From assembly GCA_019247695.1 (NCBI GenBank), contig JAFBAP010000183.1, positions 301-64,300 of the forward strand: a stretch of DNA of 64,000 nucleotides, read 5' to 3'. Numbering within the stretch: position 1 is the first letter of the stretch; each line of letters begins with the position of its first letter. The notes beneath the pieces were generated by a model. That model searched no databases. It was not told the DNA's origin and saw nothing but the letters and a program-made list of their open reading frames with translations. The position numbers and the translations under genes are program-made. This document shows positions 45,883 through 56,000 of this stretch, in pieces. The DNA comes from Verrucomicrobiota bacterium (GTDB lineage Bacteria > Verrucomicrobiota > Verrucomicrobiia > Chthoniobacterales > JAFAMB01).

Positions 45883-47685
45883 ATGGGGCGTTTTGCACCG
45901 GAAACCATCGAACAGGTTGCAGCCGCGACCGATATCGTCGAGCTGATCGGGTCATACTTTCCCCTTAAACGTGCCGGCACCGAATTTCGGGCCCTGTGCC
46001 CGTTCCACGACGAAAAGACGCCCTCGTTCCACGTCAGCCCGTCCAAACAATCCTATTACTGCTTTGGCTGCGGCGCCGGCGGGTCGGCGTTCCAGTTCCT
46101 CATGCAGTATGAGAACGTCGATTTCCCTGAAGCCGTCCGCCGGCTCGGGCGTCGCGCCGGGATCACCCTGACCGAACTGGAGCGGAGCCCGGAAGAGGAA
46201 GCCCACCGTGAACGCCGGAGCCGCCTGCTGCGCCTGCACGCCGAAGCCGCGGCTTGGTTTCACCACAACCTGCTGCGCCTGAGACAGGCCGATCACGCCC
46301 GGGCTTACATGCAGCAGCGCGGCCTGAACATCGACGTCGCCAAACGCTGGCAGATCGGTTACGCCCCGAACAGCTGGAATCAGTTGAGCCGGTGGGCGGA
46401 AACGGCGGGCTTCCGGCGCGAGGAACTGCTGGAGAGCGGCTTGGTTGTGTTGCGCAACGAACACGAGGGGGATTACTACGACCGGTTCCGCGACCGGCTC
46501 ATGTTCCCCATCCGCAATGACGTCGGCGAAGTGATCGCTTTCAGCGGCCGCGTGCTTGACCCGAATGCTTCCGGGGGCAAATACGTCAACTCGCCCGAAA
46601 CGAGCATCTTTTCGAAAGGGAACATCCTTTTCGGGTTTGACCGGACGAAACGAGCCGTGGCCAAGGCGGGGGTGGCCATCATCCTGGAGGGACAGATCGA
46701 TCTGATCTCCTGCTTCGAAGCGGGCATCGAGAACGTCGTTGCCCCGCAAGGGACCGCGCTCACCGAAAGACATGCCGCCCTGCTCCGGCGTTTTGCGGAG
46801 GAAGTGCTGCTCTTCTTCGATGCCGACCGCGCGGGCGAAAAGGCGGCGGAACGCGCCCTCGAAATCCTTTACGCGGCCGGGTTGCAGGTGCGGATCGGCC
46901 GGCTGCCGCCCAAGGAGGATCCGGACTCCCTGATTCGCAGCCAGGGCGCCGCGGCCTTTCAGGCCCTCGTCGAGCAGAGCAAGGATTTCTTCGACTTCGA
47001 AATCGAACGCGTGTCGGCGCAGACCACAAACCCGACCACGGCCGAGCGGGTCGCGGCTGCGCGCAAACTGGCCCATTTTGTGAGCCTCGTTCCTGACCAG
47101 GTCACCCGCGAAACCATGCTCAGCCGCTTCGCATCACGGTTCAACCTGCCGCGGACGGCTTTGGAAGAGATGATCAGAGCGCCCAAGCCGGCTGCCCGGG
47201 GGCGAACCTTACCTTCCAACGGCCCCAACCCACCCCCGGCCACCCTCCGGCACGACCTGACGGTGCTCGCCAACATCGCCCTGACCGATCGCGCCACCCG
47301 GGAATGGCTGCGGGCGCAGTCCTGGGGTTTTATCCTCGATCACTTGCCGGAGGCCGGGTTCCTTCGCACCGTCCTGGCGGCAGATTTTGACCCGGAAAAT
47401 GCGGCCAGTCTGGCCACGTTCCTCGCCACCCGCGAGCCCGTGGAGGCAGCGCTCGCTTCACAAGTGCTTGCCCTCAAACCCATCGACCCTGAAGTGCGCA
47501 AGGTCTTCTGGCTCGAATTCGCGGCCAAGCATTTGCGCGAACGCCGCGTTCAGCTCGAACGGATCCTGCGGCTGAGCCCTGAGGATTCACCCGCGTCGCT
47601 GGCGGCGGAACGCGAGCTAAAAGAAACTCTTGACCATGAATCGGACGTCAAAGATATTTCGCGACTTTTGACCCGGGCGTTGTGA
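45883..47685 (+). CDS. dnaG: DNA primase
   Basis: Zinc ribbon [35 protein letters not shown] blocks EGQIDLIS and [12 protein letters not shown]. Confidence 0.95.
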   Translation: MGRFAPETIEQVAAATDIVELIGSYFPLKRAGTEFRALCPFHDEKTPSFHVSPSKQSYYCFGCGAGGSAFQFLMQYENVDFPEAVRRLGRRAGITLTELERSPEEEAHRERRSRLLRLHAEAAAWFHHNLLRLRQADHARAYMQQRGLNIDVAKRWQIGYAPNSWNQLSRWAETAGFRREELLESGLVVLRNEHEGDYYDRFRDRLMFPIRNDVGEVIAFSGRVLDPNASGGKYVNSPETSIFSKGNILFGFDRTKRAVAKAGVAIILEGQIDLISCFEAGIENVVAPQGTALTERHAALLRRFAEEVLLFFDADRAGEKAAERALEILYAAGLQVRIGRLPPKEDPDSLIRSQGAAAFQALVEQSKDFFDFEIERVSAQTTNPTTAERVAAARKLAHFVSLVPDQVTRETMLSRFASRFNLPRTALEEMIRAPKPAARGRTLPSNGPNPPPATLRHDLTVLANIALTDRATREWLRAQSWGFILDHLPEAGFLRTVLAADFDPENAASLATFLATREPVEAALASQVLALKPIDPEVRKVFWLEFAAKHLRERRVQLERILRLSPEDSPASLAAERELKETLDHESDVKDISRLLTRAL

Positions 47686-47773
47686 TCGATGGTGCATCCT
47701 CCTCGTAAAGCTTTTCTCGGTTACGTCTGCCGGTGCGTCCCCGCAACTACTACCTGCGCCTACTCGTTTCGTT

Positions 47774-49633
47774 ATGCCCAAGAAGGTGACCTCAAATAAA
47801 AAGAATCCAAAGGCCGCCCGAACGCCGGCTGCTTCCAAACACACGACAGGCGAAAGGGCTCACCGCGGAACGGTGACCGCAGGTAAAAAGTTGAATTCCC
47901 GGGCTGAAACTAAAATCGAAAGCCTCGCTGCCGATCAAGACGATCCGGTGGAACCAAAAGGTACAAACGGGCTCGTGGGCTCCGAACTAAAATCCGGCTC
48001 CGGTGAGGGCAGCGTGGATCTGCAGGAGCGCCTGCGTGAACTCCTGAAGCTCGCCAAGGAGCAAGGGTACCTTACGTACGACGACATCAACGAAGCCTTG
48101 CCGGACGGCATGGCTGATCCGGACGAAATGGATCAGCTTCTCAGCCGTCTGCGGACGATGGAAGTCGACATCATCGACGCGTCCGAAGTTGACCGGTTTA
48201 AGGACGGTAAAAAGGACCTCGAGGACGACGATGAAGACGGAAAGGATAAAACGATCGACATCCTCGATGACCCCGTCCGCATGTACCTCAAGCAGATGGG
48301 CCAGGTTCCCCTCCTCACGCGGGAACAGGAAGTCGAAATCTCCAAGCGGATTGAAGGCGCCGAAGTGATGGTGCAAAAGCATATCCACCGCTTCGGGTTC
48401 ACCGCGCGGGCTTACCTTGAGCTGGCGCAGAAGTTGGTCGAAGGACGCGAACGCTTCGATCGCGTTATCCTCGATAAGAAGATCGAGAGCCGCGAACGGT
48501 ACCTGAAGGCGTTGCCGAAGCTCTGCGCTCAGCTGGAAAAGGCGTGCAACGACGCCGAACAGTTATACGCCAGGCTCATTCGGGTCCGGGCGGCGGAAGG
48601 CAACCAGGACAATAACACGGCCAGGATCGAGTTTCAGAAGGCGCACACCGCCCTGATGAAGCTTTACCCCCGCTTCTACTTCAAACAGAAGGTCATCGAA
48701 GAATTCGTTCAGTTGGCGGATGACCAATCCCGGCACATTCATAGCCTCCAGAACGAGATCGCCAAGTTCCGGCACCAGCAGGCGACCGAAAAGATGGCTG
48801 AGTACGGCCAGAAACTGCAACAACTCGAAAGCCGGCTCTGGCAGAAACCTGAAGACTTTCTGGCGCAGTACCAGGAGCTCAAGTCATGGTTGCGCAAGGC
48901 CCTGCGCGCCAAAACCGAAATGGTCGAAGCCAATCTGCGGCTGGTCATTTCCATCGCCAAGAAATACACCAACCGCGGCCTCTCGTTCCTGGACCTGATT
49001 CAGGAGGGCAACATGGGGCTGATGAAGGCCGTCGAAAAATTCGAGTACCGGCGAGGTTACAAATTCTCGACGTACGCCACCTGGTGGATTCGACAGGCGA
49101 TTACGCGGTCCATTGCCGACCAGGCGCGCACGATCCGCATTCCCGTGCACATGATCGAGACGATCAACAAGCTGATGCGGGTGCAGAAGCAACTGGTTCA
49201 GGAGTACGGGCGCGAGCCGAATCCGGAGGAGGTGGCCGAAGAAATCCAACTGCCGGTCGAGCGGGTTCGCGCCGTGCTGAAGATGGCGCAACAGCCGATC
49301 TCGTTGCAATCACCGGTTGGCGATAGTGAAGACACCAGCTTCGGAGATTTCATCGAGGACAAAGGCGCGGAAAATCCGAGCGACATGACGGCCATTGTCC
49401 TCCTGCGCGAAAAGATCCGCGACGTTTTGGACACCCTGACCGAACGGGAACGCCAGGTGCTGGAACAGCGGTTCGGTCTAGTGGACGGTTACAGCCGGAC
49501 CCTTGAGGAAGTTGGCCGCCAGTTCCGCGTTACCCGGGAACGTATCCGGCAGATTGAAGCGAAAGCCCTGCGTAAAATGCGTCACCCGACCCGCATCCGC
49601 CAGCTTGAAGGCTTCCTGGAAGCCGGAGACTAA
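47774..49633 (+). CDS. rpoD: Primary RNA polymerase sigma factor (sigma-70)
   Basis: Acidic region 1.1, then region 2 ([27 protein letters not shown]), then region 4.2 ([30 protein letters not shown]). Confidence 0.95.
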   Translation: MPKKVTSNKKNPKAARTPAASKHTTGERAHRGTVTAGKKLNSRAETKIESLAADQDDPVEPKGTNGLVGSELKSGSGEGSVDLQERLRELLKLAKEQGYLTYDDINEALPDGMADPDEMDQLLSRLRTMEVDIIDASEVDRFKDGKKDLEDDDEDGKDKTIDILDDPVRMYLKQMGQVPLLTREQEVEISKRIEGAEVMVQKHIHRFGFTARAYLELAQKLVEGRERFDRVILDKKIESRERYLKALPKLCAQLEKACNDAEQLYARLIRVRAAEGNQDNNTARIEFQKAHTALMKLYPRFYFKQKVIEEFVQLADDQSRHIHSLQNEIAKFRHQQATEKMAEYGQKLQQLESRLWQKPEDFLAQYQELKSWLRKALRAKTEMVEANLRLVISIAKKYTNRGLSFLDLIQEGNMGLMKAVEKFEYRRGYKFSTYATWWIRQAITRSIADQARTIRIPVHMIETINKLMRVQKQLVQEYGREPNPEEVAEEIQLPVERVRAVLKMAQQPISLQSPVGDSEDTSFGDFIEDKGAENPSDMTAIVLLREKIRDVLDTLTERERQVLEQRFGLVDGYSRTLEEVGRQFRVTRERIRQIEAKALRKMRHPTRIRQLEGFLEAGD

Positions 49634-49778
49634 CTGGAAGACGGGCCACTCCTGAGTTATCTTGGGTCCCGGAGGTATTCCCGGCCGTTTGAAGCGGCTG
49701 GAAACGAGGCTGCGGATTACCTGATTTAGCGTATCTGTTTCGAAACTTTGACCGTAGCCCAGGGTTGAATAACACGAG

Positions 49779-50132
49779 ATGAAGGATCCTGAACAGGACG
49801 AGTTGTGGGCTTTGTTGGGCAAAGCAAGAAGGGTTGAGCCTTCAGCTTTCTTCAGCGCCAAAGTGCTTGCGGCCGTACGGCAGGTTGACGCCAGACGGCG
49901 AAGCTTTTGGCGAAACTGGATTAGTTTCGGGTTGCCTGGTGCGGCTGCCGGGGCTGTGGCTGTGTCCCTGGCAATTTTGGCATTGCCGATTCAGCACAGC
50001 AAAAAGGTTTTTGTGCCGAAACCGATCGTCGTCTCGCAAGCAGAGCCGTCTGATGTCGAAGTTATTGCCGACTTGGACTACGATATGGCTTCAGAGGAAT
50101 CCTCCGTATGGCTAGATTCCTCAGCTCGTTAA
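49779..50132 (+). CDS. Small single-pass membrane protein, unknown function
   Basis: 117 aa with one predicted TM (FGLPGAAAGAVAVSLAILAL). Overlaps the next ORF by 25 nt. No recognisable family. Confidence 0.4.
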   Translation: MKDPEQDELWALLGKARRVEPSAFFSAKVLAAVRQVDARRRSFWRNWISFGLPGAAAGAVAVSLAILALPIQHSKKVFVPKPIVVSQAEPSDVEVIADLDYDMASEESSVWLDSSAR

Positions 50133-50611
50133 GCGCTCTCATCTTTGGTCTTTTTGTCACCGGGCACGCGCAGACGCCAGCACCCACGCCGGTGCCGGGC
50201 TCGCCCCTGAGTTCCCCGTCGTCGTCGGCCCAGCAGCAAACGACAAATCGATTGGAGGAGTTCAGGCATTCCTTTGAGCAACTCACGCCTGAGCAGCAGC
50301 AGAGATTCCTCCAGAATTATCATCGCTGGGAGGATCTCACTTCCGAGGAGCGCGAAATTTTGCGGCAACGCCAGCGCATGCGCGAGAAAAAGCGGGACGA
50401 AGATACCGCTGAAGCCCTGCAAAGATCAGGTCTGCACCTGACCGAGGATCAACGCGAACGGTTCCGCAAACGTTACCAGCAGGAACGGCGCAAGCTGGAA
50501 GAGCAACTCTTGAAAGAGACGCAGGAACGCCGCCAGGCCGGCAATACGGCGATCATCGAGGAATTAAGAAAGGAATTCACCTCGAGCTCACCCTCGAATT
50601 CGATGAGGTGA
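50108..50611 (+). CDS. Secreted charged-repeat protein (DUF3106-like)
   Basis: Signal peptide MARFLSSLSALIFGLFVTGHA. Repeated W/F..L(T/S).E(E/Q)R motifs (HRWEDLTSEEREILRQRQR, LTEDQRERFRKRYQQERRK). Confidence 0.5.
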   Translation: MARFLSSLSALIFGLFVTGHAQTPAPTPVPGSPLSSPSSSAQQQTTNRLEEFRHSFEQLTPEQQQRFLQNYHRWEDLTSEEREILRQRQRMREKKRDEDTAEALQRSGLHLTEDQRERFRKRYQQERRKLEEQLLKETQERRQAGNTAIIEELRKEFTSSSPSNSMR

Positions 50612-50686
50612 GTGGTGCCTTCAGCGGTGCGCGGGGGGAGCGGCGCCGGGGCGAAGCCTCCGGGCTGGCTGCCGGAGTGCTTCCAT

Positions 50687-51385
50687 CTACGCCTTACCCG
50701 GTCTTTTCCGGTAACGCGCCATCAACTTGAAGTATCGAATCGTATCCCGAACGGGTCGTATCTTGCTGGTTTCATCCCGGTAAATTGTCCGGATCGGTAC
50801 GAAGCACACACGGTGACCTTCGCGGCAAGCCAGCAACAGCGTCTCGGTTTCGAAATCAAAGCCGGTGCTGCACCTCATCAGCAGCGGAATCAATTCGCGA
50901 CGCACCAACCGGTAGCCGCACTGGCTGTCGGGAAGCTTCTGTCCGCAAACGGAGCTGATCTGCCATGACATGAACTGGTTCGTCCAGCGGCGAATCAGCG
51001 GCATGCCCGAGAGATCATTCATGCGGTTGCCCACAATCAGGTCCGCCCCGGTCCGGTCCGCGGCATCAAAAAACAGCCGGATATCCCCGGGATCATGCTG
51101 GCCGTCGCCGTCCAGGAGAAAAAATCGTTCCACGCCGGTACCGGCCAGAAAATTCAGCCCGGTCTGAATGGCGGCGCCTTTGCCTCGATTACGTTCGTGG
51201 CGTAACACCAACGCACCCGCGCGCTCGGCTGCCGACGCCGTTCCATCAGGCGAACCATCGTCGACCACCACAACCGGGCCCACTTGTTTCCGGAGTCCCT
51301 GGACTACAGCTCCGATGAACGCTTCTTCGCGATACGCCGGAATAATCGCGCCGGTCCACGGCGACTGTGACGGTTGCTGCCCCAT
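50687..51385 (-). CDS. Glycosyltransferase family 2 (DPM1/polyprenol-phosphate glycosyltransferase-like)
   Basis: Motifs AIIPAYREEAFI, VVVDDGSPDGT, NRGKGAAIQTG and LLDGDGQH. TGATG overlap with lipA. Confidence 0.8.
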   Translation of the reverse strand: MGQQPSQSPWTGAIIPAYREEAFIGAVVQGLRKQVGPVVVVDDGSPDGTASAAERAGALVLRHERNRGKGAAIQTGLNFLAGTGVERFFLLDGDGQHDPGDIRLFFDAADRTGADLIVGNRMNDLSGMPLIRRWTNQFMSWQISSVCGQKLPDSQCGYRLVRRELIPLLMRCSTGFDFETETLLLACREGHRVCFVPIRTIYRDETSKIRPVRDTIRYFKLMARYRKRPGKA

Positions 51386-52281
51386 CAGCGCGAGCGCCGT
51401 CGAGCCGGATGATAATCGGCCGCGTGGTAGGAACTACGCACCAAAGGACCGGACGCGACGTACTCAAATCCTTTTCGTTCAGCAACTTCCTTGTAAAAAG
51501 CGAACGTTTCCGGCCGGACGTATTCAACCACGGGCAGGTGCTGCGGCGTGGGCCGCAAATACTGGCCCAGAGTCAGCACCTGGACCTTGGCATCCAGCAA
51601 GTCGTCCAAGGCCTGAAAAAGCTCTGGTTCCGTTTCACCCAGCCCGAGCATCAGCCCGCTCTTGGTGACCACAGCCGGATCGACTGCCTTCATCCGGCGA
51701 AGCACATTCAGCGATAAGCGGTACTTCGCACGGGACCGAACAAATGGGGTCAAGCGCTCAACCGTCTCCAGGTTGTGGTTGAAAATGTCCGGTTGCGCCG
51801 CCGCCACCGATGCCAGCGCCGGTTCTTTGCCGTTGAAATCGGGCGTCAAAACCTCAATCACGATTTCCGGATCGAGTGCACGCACGGCGCGGATCGTCTG
51901 GGCAAAGTGCTCCGCGCCCCCGTCAGCCAGGTCGTCGCGGGCCACGGCCGTGATCACAATGTGCTTAAGACGCATCCGCCGCACCGCTTCCGCCACCCGC
52001 TGCGGTTCGTCCGCTTCCAGCGCGAACGGTTTTGCCGTTGAGACCGCGCAAAAGCCGCACGCCCGCGTGCAACGTTCTCCGGCGATCATGAAGGTAGCCG
52101 TGCCTTGACTCCAGCACTCCCAGCGGTTCGGGCACTGGGCCGATTCACAAACGGTATGGAGCCGCAGGTCGGAGATGAGCGCTTTGGTTGAGAAGAAAAC
52201 CGGGCTGCTCGGCAGCCGAACCTTGATCCATTCGGGCTTCTTCGCCTGGTGGAGGGACGGGTCAATCTTTTGACACGACAT
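51385..52281 (-). CDS. lipA: Lipoyl synthase
   Basis: CESAQCPNRWEC (auxiliary cluster) and CTRACGFC (radical SAM). 298 aa. Confidence 0.95.
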   Translation of the reverse strand: MSCQKIDPSLHQAKKPEWIKVRLPSSPVFFSTKALISDLRLHTVCESAQCPNRWECWSQGTATFMIAGERCTRACGFCAVSTAKPFALEADEPQRVAEAVRRMRLKHIVITAVARDDLADGGAEHFAQTIRAVRALDPEIVIEVLTPDFNGKEPALASVAAAQPDIFNHNLETVERLTPFVRSRAKYRLSLNVLRRMKAVDPAVVTKSGLMLGLGETEPELFQALDDLLDAKVQVLTLGQYLRPTPQHLPVVEYVRPETFAFYKEVAERKGFEYVASGPLVRSSYHAADYHPARRRSR

Positions 52282-52343
52282 GAGAACTCGAAATTACCGG
52301 GAGCCAGCCCGGTTTGCAAATCGCTGTGGCGGGTCGCGGGTAA

Positions 52344-52463
52344 GGTTCGGAGTTCGGGGTTCGCAGCGGCAGTGTGAAGGGCAAACGTCCATCGCAGCCC
52401 CAAATCCGAAAGTAATCCGCCTTCCCGCCGTCAGCCCCGTGTTCCGCCGTGGCGCCGTGTGAC
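52344..52463. repeat. Composite repeat element, copy 3 (miniature, lacks the 99-nt core)
   Basis: GGTTCGGAGTTCGGGGTTCG (52344-52363) plus ...CCTTCCCGCCG...GTTCCGCCGTGGCGCCGTGTGAC (52419-52463). Shares the heptamer and the CGCCGTG/CCGTGTGAC modules with copies 1 and 2. Confidence 0.7.
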
Positions 52464-52490
52464 AAAAAAGGCGCCGTAAGACGGCGCCTT
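52464..52490 (-). terminator. Rho-independent terminator of rplM-rpsI
   Basis: On the minus strand: AAGGCGCCGT-CTT-ACGGCGCCTT followed by TTTTTT. Located 26 nt after the rpsI stop. Confidence 0.85.
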
Positions 52491-52515
52491 CTGAAAATCT
52501 TGCCGGAACGAAGGC

Positions 52516-52905
52516 TTAACGCTTGGAAAATTGAAACCGCTTCCGGGCACCGGGTTGACCCGCCTTCTTGCGCTCTTTCATGCGCGGATCCCGAGTCAGC
52601 AGACCTTGCTCCTTCAGGGACGGACGCGTTGCCGCGTCGTATTGGAGCAGCGCTCGAGCGATGCCAAGGCGGACCGCGCCAGCTTGGCCGGCGATACCAC
52701 CTCCGTCCGTGCGCACCCGTACGTCAAAGTTGTTTGTGGTCTTTGTCACCTCAAACGGCTTAAGCACCGTTAACTGCAGCGACGGGGTCGTGAAGTATTC
52801 TTCAAATGAACGGCCATTCACGACAATTTTCCCGGTACCCCGCACAAGGCGAACCTGGGCAACGGCGGTCTTACGGCGACCTGTGGCGGCAAAAACTTCA
52901 GGCAT
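52516..52905 (-). CDS. rpsI: 30S ribosomal protein S9
   Basis: 129 aa. [12 protein letters not shown]...[19 protein letters not shown]...RKRFQFSKR. Confidence 0.95.
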   Translation of the reverse strand: MPEVFAATGRRKTAVAQVRLVRGTGKIVVNGRSFEEYFTTPSLQLTVLKPFEVTKTTNNFDVRVRTDGGGIAGQAGAVRLGIARALLQYDAATRPSLKEQGLLTRDPRMKERKKAGQPGARKRFQFSKR

Positions 52906-52918
52906 AATGACAATCGGT

Positions 52919-53344
52919 TCAGTTCAGAGGAATCGGCTGTTGCGCTTGGTGGGGGTGCTGGTCGCCCCGGTAAACTTTCAGCTTCGTAAAGATTCGGCGG
53001 CCAAGACGATTGTGTGGAATCATCCCTTTCACGGCGTGCTCAATCAGAAGCTCAGGACGGCGCTGGCGCCGCTGCTGCACCGTTTCGGACTTGTGGCCCC
53101 CAACGTAACCCGAAAAGCTCATATACGTCTTTTGCGTCTCTTTTTTACCTCCAAGCCAGACTTTTTCGGCGTTGATGACCACCACATAATCACCCGTGTC
53201 CACATGGGGCGTGAAAATTGCCTTGTTCTTGCCCCGGAGGACGTTGGCAATCCTGACGGCAACGCGGCCCAGCGGCTGATCTTTGGCGTCAATGATGTAC
53301 CATTTACGCTCTATCTCGCTCGCTTTGGCTGAAAACGTCTTCAT
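52919..53344 (-). CDS. rplM: 50S ribosomal protein L13
   Basis: 141 aa. [47 protein letters not shown]. Confidence 0.95.
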   Translation of the reverse strand: MKTFSAKASEIERKWYIIDAKDQPLGRVAVRIANVLRGKNKAIFTPHVDTGDYVVVINAEKVWLGGKKETQKTYMSFSGYVGGHKSETVQQRRQRRPELLIEHAVKGMIPHNRLGRRIFTKLKVYRGDQHPHQAQQPIPLN

Positions 53345-53447
53345 AAAGTGCTTCCAAAAGAGCCGGGAAATTAACTTTCTGCCTTAGGGCTGTCAACCGG
53401 TTTATGGGCGGTTCAACCGCTTGAGCGCCCCAGGCGTAACGTCCTCG

Positions 53448-54878
53448 ATGAAACGCGTCATCCACTGGTTCCGCCGCGACCTTCGGATTTCGGACAATAC
53501 CGCCCTTTACCATGCCTGCAGGGCCGGCGACGAGGTGCTGCCTCTCTACGTCGTGTCGACGTGGAAAGGCCGCCATCCCTGGACCGGCCCGAGCCGCCAG
53601 CAATTCTTGTGCGGCTGCCTGGATTCATTGGCCAAGAACCTGGCCCTGGTCGGAGGGCGCCTCATCATCCGGATCGGTGAACCGTGCGCCGAGCTCGAAC
53701 GTTTGGTCAAAGAAACCTCTGCTGAAGCGATTTATACCAACCGCGGGGTGGACCCTTTCGACGTGACATTGGAAAGCTGTCTCGAAAAAAGGGCGCGCGA
53801 CTGGGGCATCGAATTCCACCGGTTTCTTGACGTGACGATTCAAGCCCCCAATGCCGTCCTGACCCGGTCCGGGCAGCCCTTTCGCGTTTTCGGTCCCTAC
53901 GCGCGCGCCTGGCAGGGCGTCCCGCGTCCGGCGGTACTACCTAAAATCGACCGGTTACATACCCCGGGGACTGTCCCCAGCGAACCCCTTCCCACCCTTG
54001 CCCACTGGAACCTGCAACCCGAAGCCAGCATCGTCGAACCGGGCGAGAAGGCGGCCCGGAATCGCCTCAGACAGTTTCTGGATGGCCCGATCTTCGAATA
54101 CGCTGCTAAACGCAACCTGCCGGCCGAGGCGGGCAACTCGCGACTGTCGCAAGACCTGCGCTGGGGCACGCTCTCGCCCCGTCAGGTGTTAACCGCGGCC
54201 GAAAGACTCCTGCACGGCGGTGATGCCGCCCAACGCCGGAGCATCGGAGCGTTCATCAATGAGCTCATCTGGCGCGAATTCTATCTGCAGATCCTTTGGC
54301 ATTACCCCGAAGTGGTGCATCAGAATTTCGTCCACGGCCTTGATGCGCTGGCCTGGGACGACGACGAAGCCGCTTTCCGCCGTTGGCGTGAAGCCGCCAC
54401 TGGTTTCCCGATCGTCGATGCCGGGATACGCGAGCTATTGGCCACCGGCTTCATGCATAACCGGCTGCGCATGATAACGGCCATGTTCCTGACCAAGGAT
54501 CTGCACGTGCACTGGAAGCGGGGCGAACAGTTCTTCTGCCGAAAACTTGTCGACGGTGAAATCGCGTCCAACAACGGTGGATGGCAATGGAGCGCTGGGA
54601 CGGGGGCGGACGCAGCGCCCTATTTCCGGATCCAGAACCCATGGACCCAGACGAAGCGTTACGATCCCGAAGGCGTGTACATTAAGAAATGGGTACCCGA
54701 ACTCCGCGACGTGAAGCTGATCGACCTTATGCGGCCCCCAAACAGCCCGCTGATTAAAGGTTACCCTCTGCCCATGGTCGACCACGACCGCGAACGGGAG
54801 TTAACCGTCGAACGGTTTCAGCGGGCTCAACAAGGTAAGGCGCCGGAAAAGACGGATTGCCGTGACCCATTTCCGTAA
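53448..54878 (+). CDS. phr: Deoxyribodipyrimidine photolyase / cryptochrome-family flavoprotein
   Basis: ATG at 53448 (the ORF opens on TTG 53421). Motifs IHWFRRDLRISDNTAL, WREFY, TGFPIVDAGIRELLATGFMHNRLRM and NNGGWQW. Confidence 0.9.
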   Translation: MKRVIHWFRRDLRISDNTALYHACRAGDEVLPLYVVSTWKGRHPWTGPSRQQFLCGCLDSLAKNLALVGGRLIIRIGEPCAELERLVKETSAEAIYTNRGVDPFDVTLESCLEKRARDWGIEFHRFLDVTIQAPNAVLTRSGQPFRVFGPYARAWQGVPRPAVLPKIDRLHTPGTVPSEPLPTLAHWNLQPEASIVEPGEKAARNRLRQFLDGPIFEYAAKRNLPAEAGNSRLSQDLRWGTLSPRQVLTAAERLLHGGDAAQRRSIGAFINELIWREFYLQILWHYPEVVHQNFVHGLDALAWDDDEAAFRRWREAATGFPIVDAGIRELLATGFMHNRLRMITAMFLTKDLHVHWKRGEQFFCRKLVDGEIASNNGGWQWSAGTGADAAPYFRIQNPWTQTKRYDPEGVYIKKWVPELRDVKLIDLMRPPNSPLIKGYPLPMVDHDRERELTVERFQRAQQGKAPEKTDCRDPFP

Positions 54879-54901
54879 GGGTTAGCCGGGCACCACGGCG
54901 T

Positions 54902-55924
54902 TCAACCGCTCTCTTCCACCGGCACGGCACGGCCACGGCGCCACACAAACCAACCCCCGACCGCTTTCTCATCCGGCGGATCCCCGGCGGTCACCCCAGC
55001 CTCCCTCAAGTGCTGCGTCGTCCGCGGCCGCACCCGCGCCCCCTGCTCTTCCACAAACGCCCGGCGGCCCAGCACCAGCCCGTAGGTCAGAAATCGCAGC
55101 CGGCACCTCAGCCGCTCCAGCCACGACAGCGCCCCCTGTTCCTGCTCGACCACCCGGCGGGCTGCCTCCAGGCCCAGCGCCGCTTGGCCCGCCTGCGAAC
55201 TGACCACCCCCGTACGATACAGCAATCGCCGGTAGGCCGCCTGCACCTCCGTCCAGTCAGCCCCTGTCTGCGAATCGTAACCCAAGGCGCGCGCAAGCCC
55301 TGCCCGCAACCGGCCTGCCCCCACCGCCTCGCCATAGCCGCAGTAACGGTAATCTTTCGGGTCAGCGCATAATCCAGCCCGCACCGGATTGAGGTCGATG
55401 TAGAGGGCCACGGCCGTCAGCGCTACGCCCCCGTCGACCAGCAGGCTTTTGAATCGTTCGGCCCACAGCGCCCCGTAGCGATCGTGCTTGCGGTTGTACC
55501 ACTGGGCAAAGCGGCTTTTGAGCTCCTGAAGGAAGCGGGACAGGTCGAACATACGCGCTTGGTAGCTTCGCCGTAAGGTTTGGGCAGCTAGCTCGCCTCC
55601 GGGCGTCTTGCCTTGCAGCACCCGCTCGTCGGTGTTGCGGCGTTCCGGCCCATAGAGGGCCTCGACCCGGTCCAGCAACTCCGGGTCGGACAGGAGACGG
55701 GGTTGGGGCACTTCGCACAAGATATGGAAGTGATTGCCCATAAGGGCGTAAGTGAGAATCGTGATGCCGCTGAAAGCCGCCAGCCCGTGCAGAAGGCGTA
55801 CGAAGTACTCCGCTTCTCCGGAGCCGTACCCGGTGGTTTTAAAGATGAATTCGCCGCCGGTGATGCGCGACAGGCAGTGGTAAAAGCAGGTGGGGCCGGG
55901 GCCTTTGAGGCGGGCGAGACGCAT
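54902..55924 (-). CDS. HUH/Y1 transposase-like protein (IS200-like, RAYT-type) with long C-terminal extension
   Basis: HUH motif GNHFHIL, plus QWYNRKHDRYGALWAERFKS and the Tyr-helix block ALYIDLNPVRAGL. These are characteristic of REP-associated tyrosine transposases (COG1943). Confidence 0.8.
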   Translation of the reverse strand: MRLARLKGPGPTCFYHCLSRITGGEFIFKTTGYGSGEAEYFVRLLHGLAAFSGITILTYALMGNHFHILCEVPQPRLLSDPELLDRVEALYGPERRNTDERVLQGKTPGGELAAQTLRRSYQARMFDLSRFLQELKSRFAQWYNRKHDRYGALWAERFKSLLVDGGVALTAVALYIDLNPVRAGLCADPKDYRYCGYGEAVGAGRLRAGLARALGYDSQTGADWTEVQAAYRRLLYRTGVVSSQAGQAALGLEAARRVVEQEQGALSWLERLRCRLRFLTYGLVLGRRAFVEEQGARVRPRTTQHLREAGVTAGDPPDEKAVGGWFVWRRGRAVPVEESG

Positions 55925-56000
55925 GGGTCAGGCGAATTCATAACTCATAAAAACAAAGTTGCAAATACGGATTCTCATTCCCCTTGCCCTGGCGGCAATT

